From the NCBI GenBank assembly GCA_964016885.1, contig OZ024749.1, forward strand, positions 32,426,001 to 32,490,000: DNA of 64,000 nucleotides, in the 5' to 3' direction. Source of the stretch: Eledone cirrhosa (taxonomy: Eukaryota). Shown here piece by piece: positions 14,197 to 27,112 of the stretch. A program made the position numbers and the translations under genes. Under the pieces are notes generated by a model that was given only the letters and a program-made list of their open reading frames with translations, was not told the origin of the DNA and did not search any database. The stretch's first letter is position 1. The number at the start of each line of letters is the position of its first letter.

Positions 14197-14279
14197 TACA
14201 CATATATATATATTACACACACCCACACTCACACACACACACATATATATATATATATACATATATATATTTATATACG

Positions 14280-14310
<31 letters not shown>

Positions 14311-15218
14311 AATTTCTTGCAATGAGGTTACCAAATTTTTATAGTCTTCATCATCATTAGACATTACATATGTTTAACAATAGCAGACGATTGAAGTTGC
14401 CTAATGAAGAAAAGTAAAGTTAATTATTAACAGACAGTTCTACAATGACATGTCTGTCCATTTCCGATGACGGAAATTGATCCAATAATAAAGAGGTTAT
14501 CTCATTTCTTCTTTTTTTATTTAATTCTATTATCTGCTGATTCTACTATTAATTCTTTTTCTTCTATTTCTTTCTCCTTGCTTTCTCCTTTTCCTTTTTA
14601 CCATTTTCTCGCTCGTTTTTCATCATTTTCTTCATAATTTCAATTTTAAAAAGATAATCTGCCATTTTTTTTTTGTTTTTTTTGTTATCTGCTGCTTCTT
14701 CCATTTATATTTTTCTCTTCCTCTTTGCTTTTGGTTTTCCTTATTTAATTTTTATTTTTACGGGTTTTTTCCCTTTCATTTTTCACTGGTTTTCCCACAA
14801 TATTCATTCATTCAACAGACTTCCTAAAATATATATGACATATATATTATCTCTTTCAAATTTCTGAATGGAAACGAAAATTACTTTTGAAAAGATATAA
14901 AACCGCGATCAAAAGCAAGGGTAATATTCATCATAATGGTTTATATATTATAAATATATTATTTCTTAACTCTTAACCTCCTGTATTACATAAAAACCAA
15001 ACAATACGTAGGATGAAATTCATATAAAAACATGGATTTGATCCAAAAATGCAATAAAATTTTAAGACTTCTAGAATAATCATCAGCGAGAAGACGGCCA
15101 ATTCTGCATCTTCAGCCATTACTATAACTTAGCATTCTGTGAACAAGATACTTTGAGTTCAAAAGATTTCAACAAAAAGCATGTTTTACATGCTTTCATC
15201 ATAAGGATATAATATACA

Positions 15219-15270
<52 letters not shown>

Positions 15271-15657
15271 AAAGTTCTATTTAAATTGTTGGGATACAAC
15301 AAGCAAATATTATTATAACTGATATAAAGCACTCGACAAATATTTGGAGTAGATATACAATATTAATAAATGGAAACTATATTTATAAAACCATATTTAT
15401 TTCATTATATATATTTCATTATATATATTTCAAGGATACCAATATATAAAAAAAAAATTTAAGAAATATAGTTAGGTGTGTGTATATGTATGTATATACA
15501 CTCACAGATATACATATATATGTATATCTGTGAGTGCATATACACACATATACACACACCTAACTATATTTCTTAAAAAAATTTTTTATATATTTTATAT
15601 GTCTATTTTTCTTGCATTTCTTGAGGAGACTTTCCAAATATTTATCTATGTTTTATA

Positions 15658-15733
15658 TTGCCTCGTCCGACGAACGAATGAGGACGTTTCTTTCGTATTC
15701 GTCTTATTCGGGAAACCTCTGGTAATGAGGTAA
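15658..15733 (+). ncRNA. Type I hammerhead (core variant CCGACGA)
   Basis: TTGCCTCGT-CCGACGA-ACGAATGAGGACG..CGTCTTATTCGG-GAAACC TCT GGTA^ATGAGGTAA. Confidence 0.7.
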
Positions 15734-15755
15734 TTATTTTGTATTGTTTCTATAC

Positions 15756-15808
<53 letters not shown>

Positions 15809-15849
15809 ATATACATATATACATATATATATATACATACATAGATACA

Positions 15850-15897
<48 letters not shown>

Positions 15898-16498
15898 TAT
15901 ATAGATTCTAATCGAATCGGAAGAGGCATGGGTGGCGTGTTGGTGTAATGGTATCACATTGGTCTGGCAAACCAAAGATATGGGTTCAGGCCCCATGTAC
16001 GTCAATACACATCCTTTTTCCATTCAGAGGTCTTTTTTAAAATCCCAACTAGCAGACTACTGTATTTCCCGGCGTCAAAGACGCTACTTTTTTCCTAAAA
16101 TAAGTCACAAAAACCTACCATGCGTCCTGGAGGCTGAAGGTTGTTTATCATTTTTTTTTTCAAATTTTTGGTTGTCAAAATAAGTGTGCGTTTTCGGCGC
16201 CGGCAAATACGCCATCAGGGTCCTGACTCTTTCATATATATATATATAGAGAGAGGGAGATTACAATAATCAAAAAATCACAATTGTAAGCGAATAAATG
16301 ATTTAAACTGAACTTTGATTATTGTAATATCTATATAACTGCTCTGTAAAACAACTGATGTTATTACAGTGAGCTATTTATCTTACTGGTAATAAGATAG
16401 TAATAAATGACTATCTTTCACTATTTGGGGTTTGTATAAAAAATATATAACCATAAAAGGTTTTATTATATACATAACCATAAATAGTATCCTTAATA

Positions 16499-16579
<81 letters not shown>

Positions 16580-16662
16580 TATATAGTAATGATAAATGCA
16601 AAGGCCAAAATCCAGAGAGGATTTGATAAGAGTTGTATATATATGTATATAGATAGATAGAT

Positions 16663-17864
16663 ATATTTCTTTATTAGCCACAGGGGCACAAAAGAAGGGG
16701 ACAAATACAAAGGGGGAAGTTTACATACAATAAAAACGTGTAAAATGTTATCACAGATGGAATTTAAAAGTTAGTCGATTTTCCCCAATAGAGGGAGACA
16801 GTTTATATGGGTAACACATACCCCCGAAAAAAAATGTGCAACCCTCATCTCCAGGAGTACGAAGAGCTTGTACTCCTTTCCTCTCCTCCTCCTTTTCCTC
16901 AACCTACAGGCTGATATAGAGAGAAGGCCCATTCACTCGGGCCATTCTCGCCACTTTCACCCACCTTTCATAAAACTTGCTGGGGTACAGCACCTCTCTC
17001 TCCATCCTGATTCTTCTTCCAAAGTGGTATTTGAAAAAAAGAATCAGTTGTTGGCCGGAGAGAAAGGTGTCTGACCTCAGCCCTTTCAACCTTGTCCACC
17101 ATACAACCTCTTTCGCCATAGCTATCACACAAAGGAAAACCGCCTCTCCTTCGTTTTTGAAGGAGGGTGGCGGTTTGATCATGACAATGGACTCGGTGGT
17201 CAACTGGATTGGTCCCACCCGCGACAATAGTCGTTCTACATAGCCCCACAGGTCAGTGACGCCCGGGCAGTGTATGAATGCGTGCGCGACGGTTTCTTCG
17301 TCTCGCACGCACCTCGGACAGATCTTTTTTGCAGGGTCCCTGCCCGGGCGCCCATGTCTGTAGAGCTTGTCTCGAACTGGTAGAGCTCCTCGGTAGCACT
17401 GCCAGGCCAGGGACTTTTGGAAGTTGTCCATCGGTCCCGGGCGGAAGGTCCTACCGAACAGACTGGCCAGTTCATCTTCCTCTACGCCTAGAGTTTCACC
17501 GAGCGCGTCGTCGCACTTGCTGCGGACCAACCCTCTATAGAATGACGAAGTGGAGTCTCCACTGATCGCCGGGTCCGCCTGCCAGAGGGCTGTGAGTGCC
17601 TGAGCACATTCGATGTGCCAGTCGCCCATTTTCCTCGGTCTCTGCTTGACCCAGGACTGCAGCTCGGTCAGCGAGACGAGTCGTGGGAAGGCTCGCCTCA
17701 CGAACGGGGCCCAAACCGGTTGTCCGGTGAGGAATACGTAGAGATGCCGCAGCCTGAGCGCGTGTTTGCGCATCGTCAACCACGGCATCCCCAGCCCTCC
17801 GTTAGAAGGGTGTTGGCAGCAGATGTATCTTCTCACCAAAGGAGCCCGCCTCTTCCAACGGAAT
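16663..17864 (-). mobile_element. 5'-truncated Tx1 copy (subfamily B) in (ATCT)n, tandem with the full copy
   Basis: ORF 16904-17839 is a close paralog of the ORF2 C-terminus; different 3' UTR (GGCTAATAAAGAAATAT-ATCT); GATA repeats on both sides. Confidence 0.92.
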
Positions 17865-17865
17865 C

Positions 17866-17953
<88 letters not shown>

Positions 17954-18217
17954 TGTTTCTTTTATTTGCCACTAGGGCATCAAAAGTGGGACAAGTACAA
18001 AGGGGGGAGTTTACACAAAAAGGCGTCCTCAATAAGGAGGAGGCAATAACAAAATATAAAAATAAAATAAGATATAACAAAAAATAAAATTTATAACAAA
18101 ATCCTCAATAGAGAGGAGGCGCCTTGGGGGGTCGCACACACCCCCGAAAAAAGTGTGCAACCCTTCTCCTCAGGAGCACAGAGAAGGGGTGCTCCCTTGG
18201 TCTTTCATCTTCCTCAC

Positions 18218-21200
18218 CTATAGTCTGATGTAGAGTGAAGGCCCATTCACACGGGCCATTCTCGCCACTTTCACCCATGTTTCATAGAAACGGCTGGGGT
18301 GCAGCACCTCTCTCTCCATCCTGATCCTTCTTCCGAAATGATATCGGAAGAAACGGACCAGTTGTTGGCCAGAGAGAAAGGTGCCTGACCTCAGTCCTTT
18401 CAGACGCGTCCACCATACAACCTCTTTCGCCATGGCTATTACGCACAGAAACACCGCCTCTGCTTCATCTTTGAAGGGGAGAGGCGGCTTGATCATTACA
18501 ATAGACTCGGTGGTCAACCGGATCGGTCCCACCCTTGACAGCAGTTGTTCGACATAGCCCCACAGATCGGCTACGCCCGAGCAGTGTACCAATGCGTGTG
18601 CAACGGTTTCCTCGTCGCACACGCATCTGGGACAGATCTTTTTGGCGGGGTCCCTACCCGGGCGCCCGTGTCTGTAGAGCCTTTCTCGAACGGGTAAAGC
18701 CCCTCGGTAGCACTGCCAGGCCAGGGACTTCTGGAAGTTGTCCATAGGTCCCGGGCTGAATGTCCTACCGAACAGGCTGGCCAGTTCGTCCTCCTCCATG
18801 TCTAGGGCTTCTCCGAGGGCGTCGTCGCACCTGCTGCGTACCAGCCCTCTATAGAATGTTGCGGTGGAGTCTCCACTGATAACCGGATCCGCCTGCCAGA
18901 GGGCGGTGAGCGCCTGGGCACACTCAGTGTGCCAGGTGCCCAGTTTTCTCGGTCTTTGCTTGACCCAGGATTGCAGCTCGGTGAGTGAGACGAATCTGGG
19001 AAAGGTTCGTCTCACAAACGAGGCCCACACCGGTTGTCCGGTGAGGAATACGTAGAGGTGCCGTAACCTTAATGCGTGTTTACGCATCATTAGCCACGGC
19101 ATCCCCAGCCCTCCTTTCGAAGGGTGTTGACAGCAGATGGATCTCCTCACCATAGGAGCCCGCCTCTTCCAAAGGAATTGGAAGAGCGCGCGCTCCATCT
19201 TGGTGAGGGTTTCCCTTGGGCAGGGCACTACGGTCAGGCGGTAGTAGATGACGGACGCTATGTAGGTGTTCGCCACCTCCGCCCGACCTTTCAGGGATAG
19301 TTTGCAACTGGCCCACTTCTGGGTCAGTGCAAACACCCTGTTCGTAACCTCCGCCCAGTTTTTCTCCACCTGGAGGTCCGGTCCGAACCAGACCCCGAGC
19401 AACTTCACCGGGCCCTCCGTCCAGCGTCCGACGACGCCATCGGAGGGCATCGGTCTGCCCCTCCACGTGCCGAGTTGCAAACCGATCGACTTGTCCCGGT
19501 TCAGCTTAGCCCCTGTGAACTTTTCGTACTCCTCCAGTAAGGTGCCGACCGCCTCGATTTCGGAGGCCGTCGACACCATTACTGTCACGTCATCGGCGTA
19601 GGCCGACACCGCTTTCCGCAATCCCGGTTCCAAAGGGATGCCCTGCAACAACTCCAACTTCCGCAGTAGTGGCTCGAGAGTCAACACATACAGAAGGGAG
19701 GAGAGAGGGCACCCTTGTCGGATGGACCGCGCGATTTTGAACGGCTCCGAGAGGTAGCCGTTCACCTTGACCCTAGAGCAGATGCGGCTGCTGTGCATAG
19801 CAGTGATCCAGCCCCTGAAAACGGGTCCGAAGCCTGCCGCCGCTAGCACCGCATCCAGGTAACCATGGTCGACCCTATCGAACGCCTTAGATTGATCCAA
19901 GTTGATCAGAGCCCCACCAAAGCCGGGTTCGTTCCCAACCCTCTCTATGATGTATCGCATGAGGTGGAGGTTGTCATGGATGGACCTGGACGGGATAGCG
20001 CATGTCTGCGCATCTCCCACCAGGTTGCCCACGACAAGCGCCAACCTCTTTGCTAGCACCTTGGCCAAAATCTGTAACTCTGTATTTAGCAGAGTTATGG
20101 GCCTGAAGTTACTTATTTCGTCCCCCTTGTTCTCGTCCTTCCTCACTAGCGTGACTACGCCCTTGGTCACAGTACAGGGAATTCTCCCGTTCTGTTGCCA
20201 GTTGCAGTAGACCGCCTCGAGGAGATCGGGGAACAAGTCCGGCATAGCTAGATATAATTCGTAAGGAAGACCATCGAGACCCGGGGATTTGCGTTTGCCG
20301 CATTGGCTCAGCACGTCCTCTATCTCAGCGGCCGAAATCGGCTCCTCGCAGGACTTCGCCTCCCTGTCCGAGAGGCGCGGCAGGCCGTCGAGGTATGGAC
20401 CGAAGTCCACGTTCCCAACCGGCTCCCCGCCCCTCCCGAACAGTCGGGCAAAGTGCCTTTGAAAGGCCTCACACATCTGCTTAGGCTCAAGAATCGCCCG
20501 TCCATCCAGGTCTCGCAAAGACCGGATGGTGGATTTAGTTCCATTGTTGGCCTCTGTCACGCGGGCCCAGCTAACAGCTTTGGTCCCCTCGTTCCCTAGA
20601 GCACGTATTTTACTTCGGACAACGCAGCCTTCGTGCTTCGCGTCGAAAAACTGGCTCAAAGCCGTTCTCGACGCTAGCACTCTGGCCACGTCGCCGCTTC
20701 TAATTGCCTCTTCTACTCTATCTATTAGCTCCCTTTCCTTCCTATTCCTATCCGCAGCTAGAACCTTACTAAATTCTATCGAGACTACTCTAATCTCTCT
20801 CTTTAGAGATACCCACCACCTGCTGTTGACGATCGCTCCAGTCAACCGTTCCTTAACTAACGTACTAATCCGATTCCTGTAGGCTCTACTTGCCGGCAAG
20901 GACAAGTTGAGCTTCCAGTAACCGGGGCCCTGTCTATGAGTTCTGTCAAGGTTGACCATGCAGGTCACTAATTTGTGGTCTGAATAGCCAACCATGCGCA
21001 TTTTTGGACAACTTAAAAAGTCCTTATCCTTAATTCTAACTAAGAACCTATCTAGGTACGACCTAGATGATCCGCTACGATTTGCCCAAGTCCAGGTTGG
21101 CGCAGTCGGAAAATCTAGTCGATATCTATCGGCCAGGTCAAATCGACCGATTAACCCTTTGAGGCTATTACACCCCTCTCTATCGGGGCAGGCTCCTACG

Positions 21201-21655
21201 TAGTCCCAGCGTGCATCTAGGATACCATTCCAGTCCCCCACTAATAGCAAGGAGCGGGACGTCCCTAGAAAAGTCTCCAGACGATGGAAGAAGTCCGGCC
21301 GCATTGACCCGAAAGGGCCGTAGGCGGCTACCAACCTAAACGCTCCGCCTTTACCACTGCCAAGGTCCAGAACCACTAGTCGACCCTCCGGGTCCAAATG
21401 TACCATCTGTGTTGCGAGACCCAGATGTTTTTGCAGCAGAACGACAACTCCACCCCCACCTCCGGGCTGACAGAGAGATGCGTGTATCTCAAAGTCATCA
21501 AAGGTGGGGGCCAGCTGTCGCACGTTGCTGATCCGGGCCTCGCAAATAACCATCACATCTATACGTTGTGACCTGAGGTCATTTAGAAGCATTGCTTGCT
21601 TCCAAGTTGAGCCCAGGCCACGCGCATTTAAACAGCCTACTCTTAGCATAGCCAT
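18218..21655 (-). CDS. ORF2: APE endonuclease, reverse transcriptase and C-terminal zinc finger
   Basis: Uninterrupted ORF (likely ATG at 21655). APE motifs: GCLNARGL, VGDWN, YLDRFLV, YSDHK. RT motifs: SPGLDGLP, FRPITLLN, LDQSKAFDRV, IRQGCPLS, AYADDVT. C-terminal CPRC..ETVAHALVHC. Confidence 0.95.
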   Translation of the reverse strand: MAMLRVGCLNARGLGSTWKQAMLLNDLRSQRIDVMVICEARISNVRQLAPTFDDFEIHASLCQPGGGGGVVVLLQKHLGLATQMVHLDPEGRLVVLDLGSGKGGAFRLVAAYGPFGSMRPDFFHRLETFLGTSRSLLLVGDWNGILDARWDYVGACPDREGCNSLKGLIGRFDLADRYRLDFPTAPTWTWANRSGSSRSYLDRFLVRIKDKDFLSCPKMRMVGYSDHKLVTCMVNLDRTHRQGPGYWKLNLSLPASRAYRNRISTLVKERLTGAIVNSRWWVSLKREIRVVSIEFSKVLAADRNRKERELIDRVEEAIRSGDVARVLASRTALSQFFDAKHEGCVVRSKIRALGNEGTKAVSWARVTEANNGTKSTIRSLRDLDGRAILEPKQMCEAFQRHFARLFGRGGEPVGNVDFGPYLDGLPRLSDREAKSCEEPISAAEIEDVLSQCGKRKSPGLDGLPYELYLAMPDLFPDLLEAVYCNWQQNGRIPCTVTKGVVTLVRKDENKGDEISNFRPITLLNTELQILAKVLAKRLALVVGNLVGDAQTCAIPSRSIHDNLHLMRYIIERVGNEPGFGGALINLDQSKAFDRVDHGYLDAVLAAAGFGPVFRGWITAMHSSRICSRVKVNGYLSEPFKIARSIRQGCPLSSLLYVLTLEPLLRKLELLQGIPLEPGLRKAVSAYADDVTVMVSTASEIEAVGTLLEEYEKFTGAKLNRDKSIGLQLGTWRGRPMPSDGVVGRWTEGPVKLLGVWFGPDLQVEKNWAEVTNRVFALTQKWASCKLSLKGRAEVANTYIASVIYYRLTVVPCPRETLTKMERALFQFLWKRRAPMVRRSICCQHPSKGGLGMPWLMMRKHALRLRHLYVFLTGQPVWASFVRRTFPRFVSLTELQSWVKQRPRKLGTWHTECAQALTALWQADPVISGDSTATFYRGLVRSRCDDALGEALDMEEDELASLFGRTFSPGPMDNFQKSLAWQCYRGALPVRERLYRHGRPGRDPAKKICPRCVCDEETVAHALVHCSGVADLWGYVEQLLSRVGPIRLTTESIVMIKPPLPFKDEAEAVFLCVIAMAKEVVWWTRLKGLRSGTFLSGQQLVRFFRYHFGRRIRMEREVLHPSRFYETWVKVARMARVNGPSLYIRL

Positions 21656-21679
21656 GTTGGTGGTGAAGAGAAAAGGCAC

Positions 21680-22701
21680 TTACCTCTCTGCGTCCCGGGT
21701 ATCGGGCTGCACAATTTCCATTAGGGTGGGGGATGGGTTGTTGGTTGGGGTGGTGGTTTGTGGAAGTGTGGGGGCATCAGTGTGTTGTGTGGTTGGGGAG
21801 CTTGGAGTTGTGTGGGTGTTTGGGGAGGGGGTGGGATAGTTTTTTAGGAGGACGCGGTTAATGGGCCCGACGCAGGAGGGACCCACGTCCTCTTTAAAAT
21901 TGTTTTTTAAAGTTTTATAGGTGTCCTGTGGGGCCTTAATCATTTTGAGGTGGGGGAAATCCCCTGCCTGGGTGAAGTTAGGCCCTTGTGTTTTTATTAG
22001 ATTGTTGTTGTACACAATGTTTAACAGTTTTTTGTTTCTTGTGTTTATGTATGTGTATGCATGTTTTTGTTTTTGTGTGGTGTTTTTTGTTTGCTGTTGT
22101 TGTGAGCTCTTTTGTGTTGGTGTCAGTGTTATGTTTTGGGGAGGGGGTTTTTTCATTTGTGTGTCTGAGGTGTGTTTTCTTTTTTTTCTTTTGATTGTGT
22201 GGAAGTGCTCCTCCTCGTCTGACGACGAACTAGGGTCATCTTCCGCGTTGGAGGGGAGGGGTATATTTTCGGGTTGTGTTTGCGGTACGGGTGTTTTGGA
22301 AATTGTTTTTGTTTTTTGAGTGGAGGGGATGGGTTGGACATTGTTTTGTTTTGGTTTGAGCTGTGGTGGTTGTTTTTGTAGTGGTAGTTGTGGTGATTGT
22401 GTTGGTTGTGCAGTTGTTGGTGGTGTAGGCAGGATTGGGGTTTTCTTATTAAGTTGGGGACAGACAGCCCTCAGGTGACCTCTGGTTCCGCAGAGGTAAC
22501 ACGAGGGCCGTCTACCCTCAACGGTAATGTTGATGAAGGTTAGATCATCCAGTATGACGCGTTCAGGGATCTGGGCGATCCTTTCGGGCCTCATTTGAAC
22601 TACAAGTTCGAGGCTCGTTCCACTGAACGCGTCACCCGATGCCTTTCCCATGGACACCAGCATGTCATCCTCCAGGTCCAGAAAACCTGTCAAAACCCAC
22701 C

Positions 22702-22702
<1 letters not shown>
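21680..22702 (-). CDS. ORF1 (5'-truncated) with CCHC zinc knuckle
   Basis: VEGRRPSCYLCGTRGHLRAVCP followed by a Pro/Gln/Thr/Lys-rich region. The N-terminus of the 374-aa track ORF is microsatellite read-through. Confidence 0.85.
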
Positions 22703-22734
<32 letters not shown>

Positions 22735-22803
22735 CAGAGAGAGATGGAGAGAGAGATATAGATAGATGATATACATATATATATTTAATTATATGAAGAT
22801 ACA

Positions 22804-22854
<51 letters not shown>

Positions 22855-23083
22855 ATATATATATATATGTGTGTGTATGTTTATGTATATATAAATATAT
22901 ATGTGTGTGCGTGTATGTTTATGTATATATATATATATATATATATATACATAAACATACACACATATATATATACATAAACATACACACACACACACAA
23001 TATATTTATATATACATAAACATACACACACACACATATATATATACACACACACATATATATATATATATATACATAAACTT

Positions 23084-23185
<102 letters not shown>

Positions 23186-23394
23186 GTGCACTGTATTATA
23201 TACTACTCACGTTCCTGTTATACAACAAAGGGATCTTTAGAAATCGATGGGATCCGATGTATCACTCCCGCCTTTTAATGAGTGACCCTTAATATTTCAA
23301 ACAGTTCTCGTTAGGAATTTTTAAAAAAAGTGGCCGTGTTAAGCATTAATCACACACAGTACATACAGTCATTACCTACCATCTTTAATTAATT

Positions 23395-23559
<165 letters not shown>

Positions 23560-23560
23560 C

Positions 23561-23606
<46 letters not shown>

Positions 23607-23610
23607 ACTA

Positions 23611-23643
<33 letters not shown>

Positions 23644-23659
23644 ACTATATATATATATA

Positions 23660-23730
<71 letters not shown>

Positions 23731-23763
23731 CTATATATATATATATAACCGTATATATATAAC

Positions 23764-23794
<31 letters not shown>

Positions 23795-23926
23795 ATGTAT
23801 ATATGTGTTTATATATATATATATATGTGTGTATATATATACATATATATATATGTGTGTGTATATATATGTATATATATATATACATATATACATACAT
23901 ATATATGTATATATATATGTATATAG

Positions 23927-23972
<46 letters not shown>

Positions 23973-24714
23973 GCATATATATATACATATATATATACAC
24001 ATGTATATACACACAAACATACATATACATATATATACACACACATATATATATATATATGTGTGTGTGCGTGTGTGTGTGTGTACATATATATATATGA
24101 ATATATATATGTATATATATTTTTTTTGAGGGGGTGGGGGTTCAAACGAATATACAGGCACACCACACGTGCACACCTACACATACGCCCATATAATCAG
24201 TAGATTAACTTGTTTAAGCACACAAACGTATTACAACGTAATAAGCTATATTAACTGGATAACATATCTGTGATACTTCACTAAAGACCTCTAGAAGAAA
24301 AGAAATGAAAGGGAACATATATATATGTGTGTGTGGGTGTGTGTGGGTGTGTGTGCATACATACATATGTATATATGAATATATATATACATATGCATCG
24401 TGTATACATTCATTTAATTTATTAATTTATTGATATTTTATTTGAGTGACCCGAATCTTCCTGGTCGTTCTTTTTCGGCTGCGCGGGTGATTTTAGACAT
24501 GATCTCTATGTGTTGGTATTTTAACGATAGTTATAGCTCTGATTTTTCCAAATTATTGAGCCCTCTGCCACATATATCGGATATTGTTTATCGTGATTTC
24601 GTGGGCTGATATTCCGATTCTCGATTATTCTACTGAGCACACAACACACACACAGAAACAAAATGGCGTGGGACAGAACAAAGGAGAGGCACAGAAACAA
24701 AGAAAGGAATCCCC

Positions 24715-24759
24715 AGTCACTGAAGAGGTCACAGAGTGTGTGACGAAAGAACTATGACT
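24715..24759 (+). ncRNA. Minimal type I hammerhead
   Basis: AGTCA-CTGAAGA-GGTCACA GAGTG TGTGAC-GAAAGAACTA^TGACT; related degenerate copy at 28351-28390 in the same repeat family. Confidence 0.75.
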
Positions 24760-24917
24760 ATATATAAACAACTATCTGGTTGTGGAACCAACCAACCAAC
24801 CAGAAATTTATAAATTTATAAATTTATAAATTTATAAATTTATAAATATATAATAAATTGAAGTGAAAGCAACTGGTGCGTGTGTTTCTTATTGGCAACA
24901 TGACCCTCCCAAAGTAT

Positions 24918-24982
<65 letters not shown>

Positions 24983-24987
<5 letters not shown>

Positions 24988-25376
24988 ATATTAAATAAAT
25001 GGAAACTATATTTATAAAACCATATTTATTTTATTATATATATTTCAAAGACAACCAAGACAACATTGGTACGCTTTCATCAGATAAAATACAAAGTTTG
25101 TTTTATAAATAGAGACGTACCCATGAAAAACATACCTTATCGGTTGAATTTCCAACCGATATTTATAAAACAAACTTTGTATTTTATCTGATGAAAGCGT
25201 ACCAATGTTGTCTTGGTTGCTTTTGAAATATATATAATAAAATAAATATGGTTTTATAAATATAGTTTCCATTTATTTAATATCATTGATATTAACTCCA
25301 GTAACTGTTGAGTGCTCTAAATCAGTTATAAACATTTATGTTTGTCGGACTTCCAACAAATTAAATACAACTTCTA

Positions 25377-25380
<4 letters not shown>
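24983..25380. mobile_element. Asymmetric foldback in (TA)n with a hammerhead on each strand
   Basis: Arms 24983-25110 and 25161-25288, ~90-nt tail; relatives at 29162-29420 and ~15270-15435. Confidence 0.82.
25180..25244 (+). ncRNA. Type I hammerhead (mirror on minus strand at 25027-25091; solo copy on minus strand at 29297-29361)
   Basis: TATTTTAT-CTGATGA-AAGC..ACCAA..TTGGT..GCTT..-GAAATATATATA^ATAAAATA; same stem I as the 6402 motif. Confidence 0.78.
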
Positions 25381-25453
<73 letters not shown>

Positions 25454-25508
25454 TAGATATATAATATCATATATTTTCACTAGCTCTGACAGTTGGCAGA
25501 TCAACAGT

Positions 25509-25558
25509 GAACTGTACTGATGAAGGGTAATACCCAGGAACATTAGTGTCTGCTGTTC
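25509..25558 (+). ncRNA. Degenerate hammerhead (GAAA changed to GGAA)
   Basis: GAACTGTA-CTGATGA-AGGGTAATACCCA-GGAACATTAGTGTC^TGCTGTTC. Confidence 0.55.
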
Positions 25559-25859
25559 TGTTTACATACCAACATAAGAGTAAGATTGGGGGGCTCATTC
25601 TACTGACACGGCTTTTAAAATCAAATTATTTAGAACTACAAGTGAAATCATTCTTTTCCTTTCTTTTAAATATACCTAACTGCACCAAGGATCTCACACA
25701 TTTTCCTATATATATATATATATATATATATTTCGTTTCTGAATTTGTTTAGCAAGATTCTTTATCTGAAATCGTGTGTTGAAACCGATATTGTTATACT
25801 TTGGGAGGGTCAAACTGGTGCGTGTGTTTCTTATTGGCAACATGACCCTCCCAAAGTAT

Positions 25860-25914
<55 letters not shown>

Positions 25915-25915
<1 letters not shown>

Positions 25916-26960
25916 TAGCAGCAGGACCCGGCGTTGCACGGGGTAGGAAACGTGAAATAGCAACACGCATATGCAAAGATTGAGGAATGTAGCTGTGTAC
26001 TTATTGAATTTCCTTATCCTCAGGAAATGATTGTTCATCTGGAAACATAGAACACCAGCAGGCCCGAATCGTGAAACATCTGCATGCATGTGCAAAATCT
26101 GAAGAAAATCACCTGGATACTCTTTAAGCGTACTAAATCTTAGAGTATGATTTTTCTTCCATTTGGAGAAAATCGGTTAGGTACTTTTCAAGTTTTATAG
26201 ATTCGCACCCAGTGACCCGGACAGACATCATCAGTTATGTCTATTGCACCTGCATGCATACTGTACAGAGTAAAGCCTGCAATGCTTCAGTAAGACATGT
26301 CATGCAACCACACAGGAGACCATAGCCTCTTCGTAAATCTACCTAATCTGATATAGACCGAACTGTTATATCGGATGCCGAACGCTTCGCAATTACTATT
26401 GGGGTCACCATCAACAATTTCAAGGGCTGTACGTTAAAGTAGGGATAATAAAAATTAAAAAAAGGATCGATCGACTCTCGTCAAATCGGACCGAGGAAAC
26501 AATGTTTTCGTCGGTCTTTCCAGTAGCTTATACTATCTATCGGTCGCAACTCGAGGTAGAAGGAGCAACGTGAAATAAAGTGTCTTGCTCGGTTCAGGAA
26601 TCGAACTCACAACCTCAAGATTGTAAATCCAATTCTCTAACCACTCAGCCACACGCCTTCGGTCTATAAAGAGAGGTAACTCTTTCAAAATACTAAAGAG
26701 TTGTCTCTCTTGAACAGTGTTGACAAAATTGCCGAACTAAATGACAAAAAAGGCTTAAGTTTTAGTGAAAAAAATGCCTTTAACAACAAAAAATTGAAAG
26801 ATAAAAGCTGCAGTTAATATCTTTAGACCGCAAGGAATATATAAATGCAAGTTTGAAGTCAATCGGAGTAGAAATGTGGATTTGTACAGACTTTGCCGAA
26901 ATGCCAAAATTAGGACACACACACACAGACAACTTCAGTTTTATATATATGTATAGAAGA
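25915..26960 (-). mobile_element. Non-autonomous Helitron with a nested SINE
   Basis: Minus strand 5'-TC..., subterminal GC-rich hairpin (CCCG..CGGG), 3'-CTAG, inserted at A|T. A second 3' end lies at 54062-54090. Confidence 0.72.
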
Positions 26961-26971
26961 TGTATAGATAG

Positions 26972-27034
<63 letters not shown>

Positions 27035-27069
27035 CATGTATGTATACATGCATATACACACACACACAG

Positions 27070-27112
<43 letters not shown>

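Larger units (their letters stand above)
17953..22702 (-). mobile_element. Tx1/L1-clade non-LTR retrotransposon, near full length (subfamily A), inserted in (ATCT)n
   Basis: 5'-truncated ORF1, intact ORF2 and a 3' UTR ending ...GGCAAATAAAAGAAACAT then (ATCT)n; (GATA)n tracts at both junctions (17866-17952, 22702-22735). Confidence 0.93.

Noticed and set aside
14870-15200. Possible PLE GIY-YIG C-terminal remnant
   Set aside because: Similarity too weak to support by eye.
18535-22319. Short antisense or alternate-frame ORFs within the retrotransposon
   Set aside because: Expected shadows of GC-rich coding sequence.
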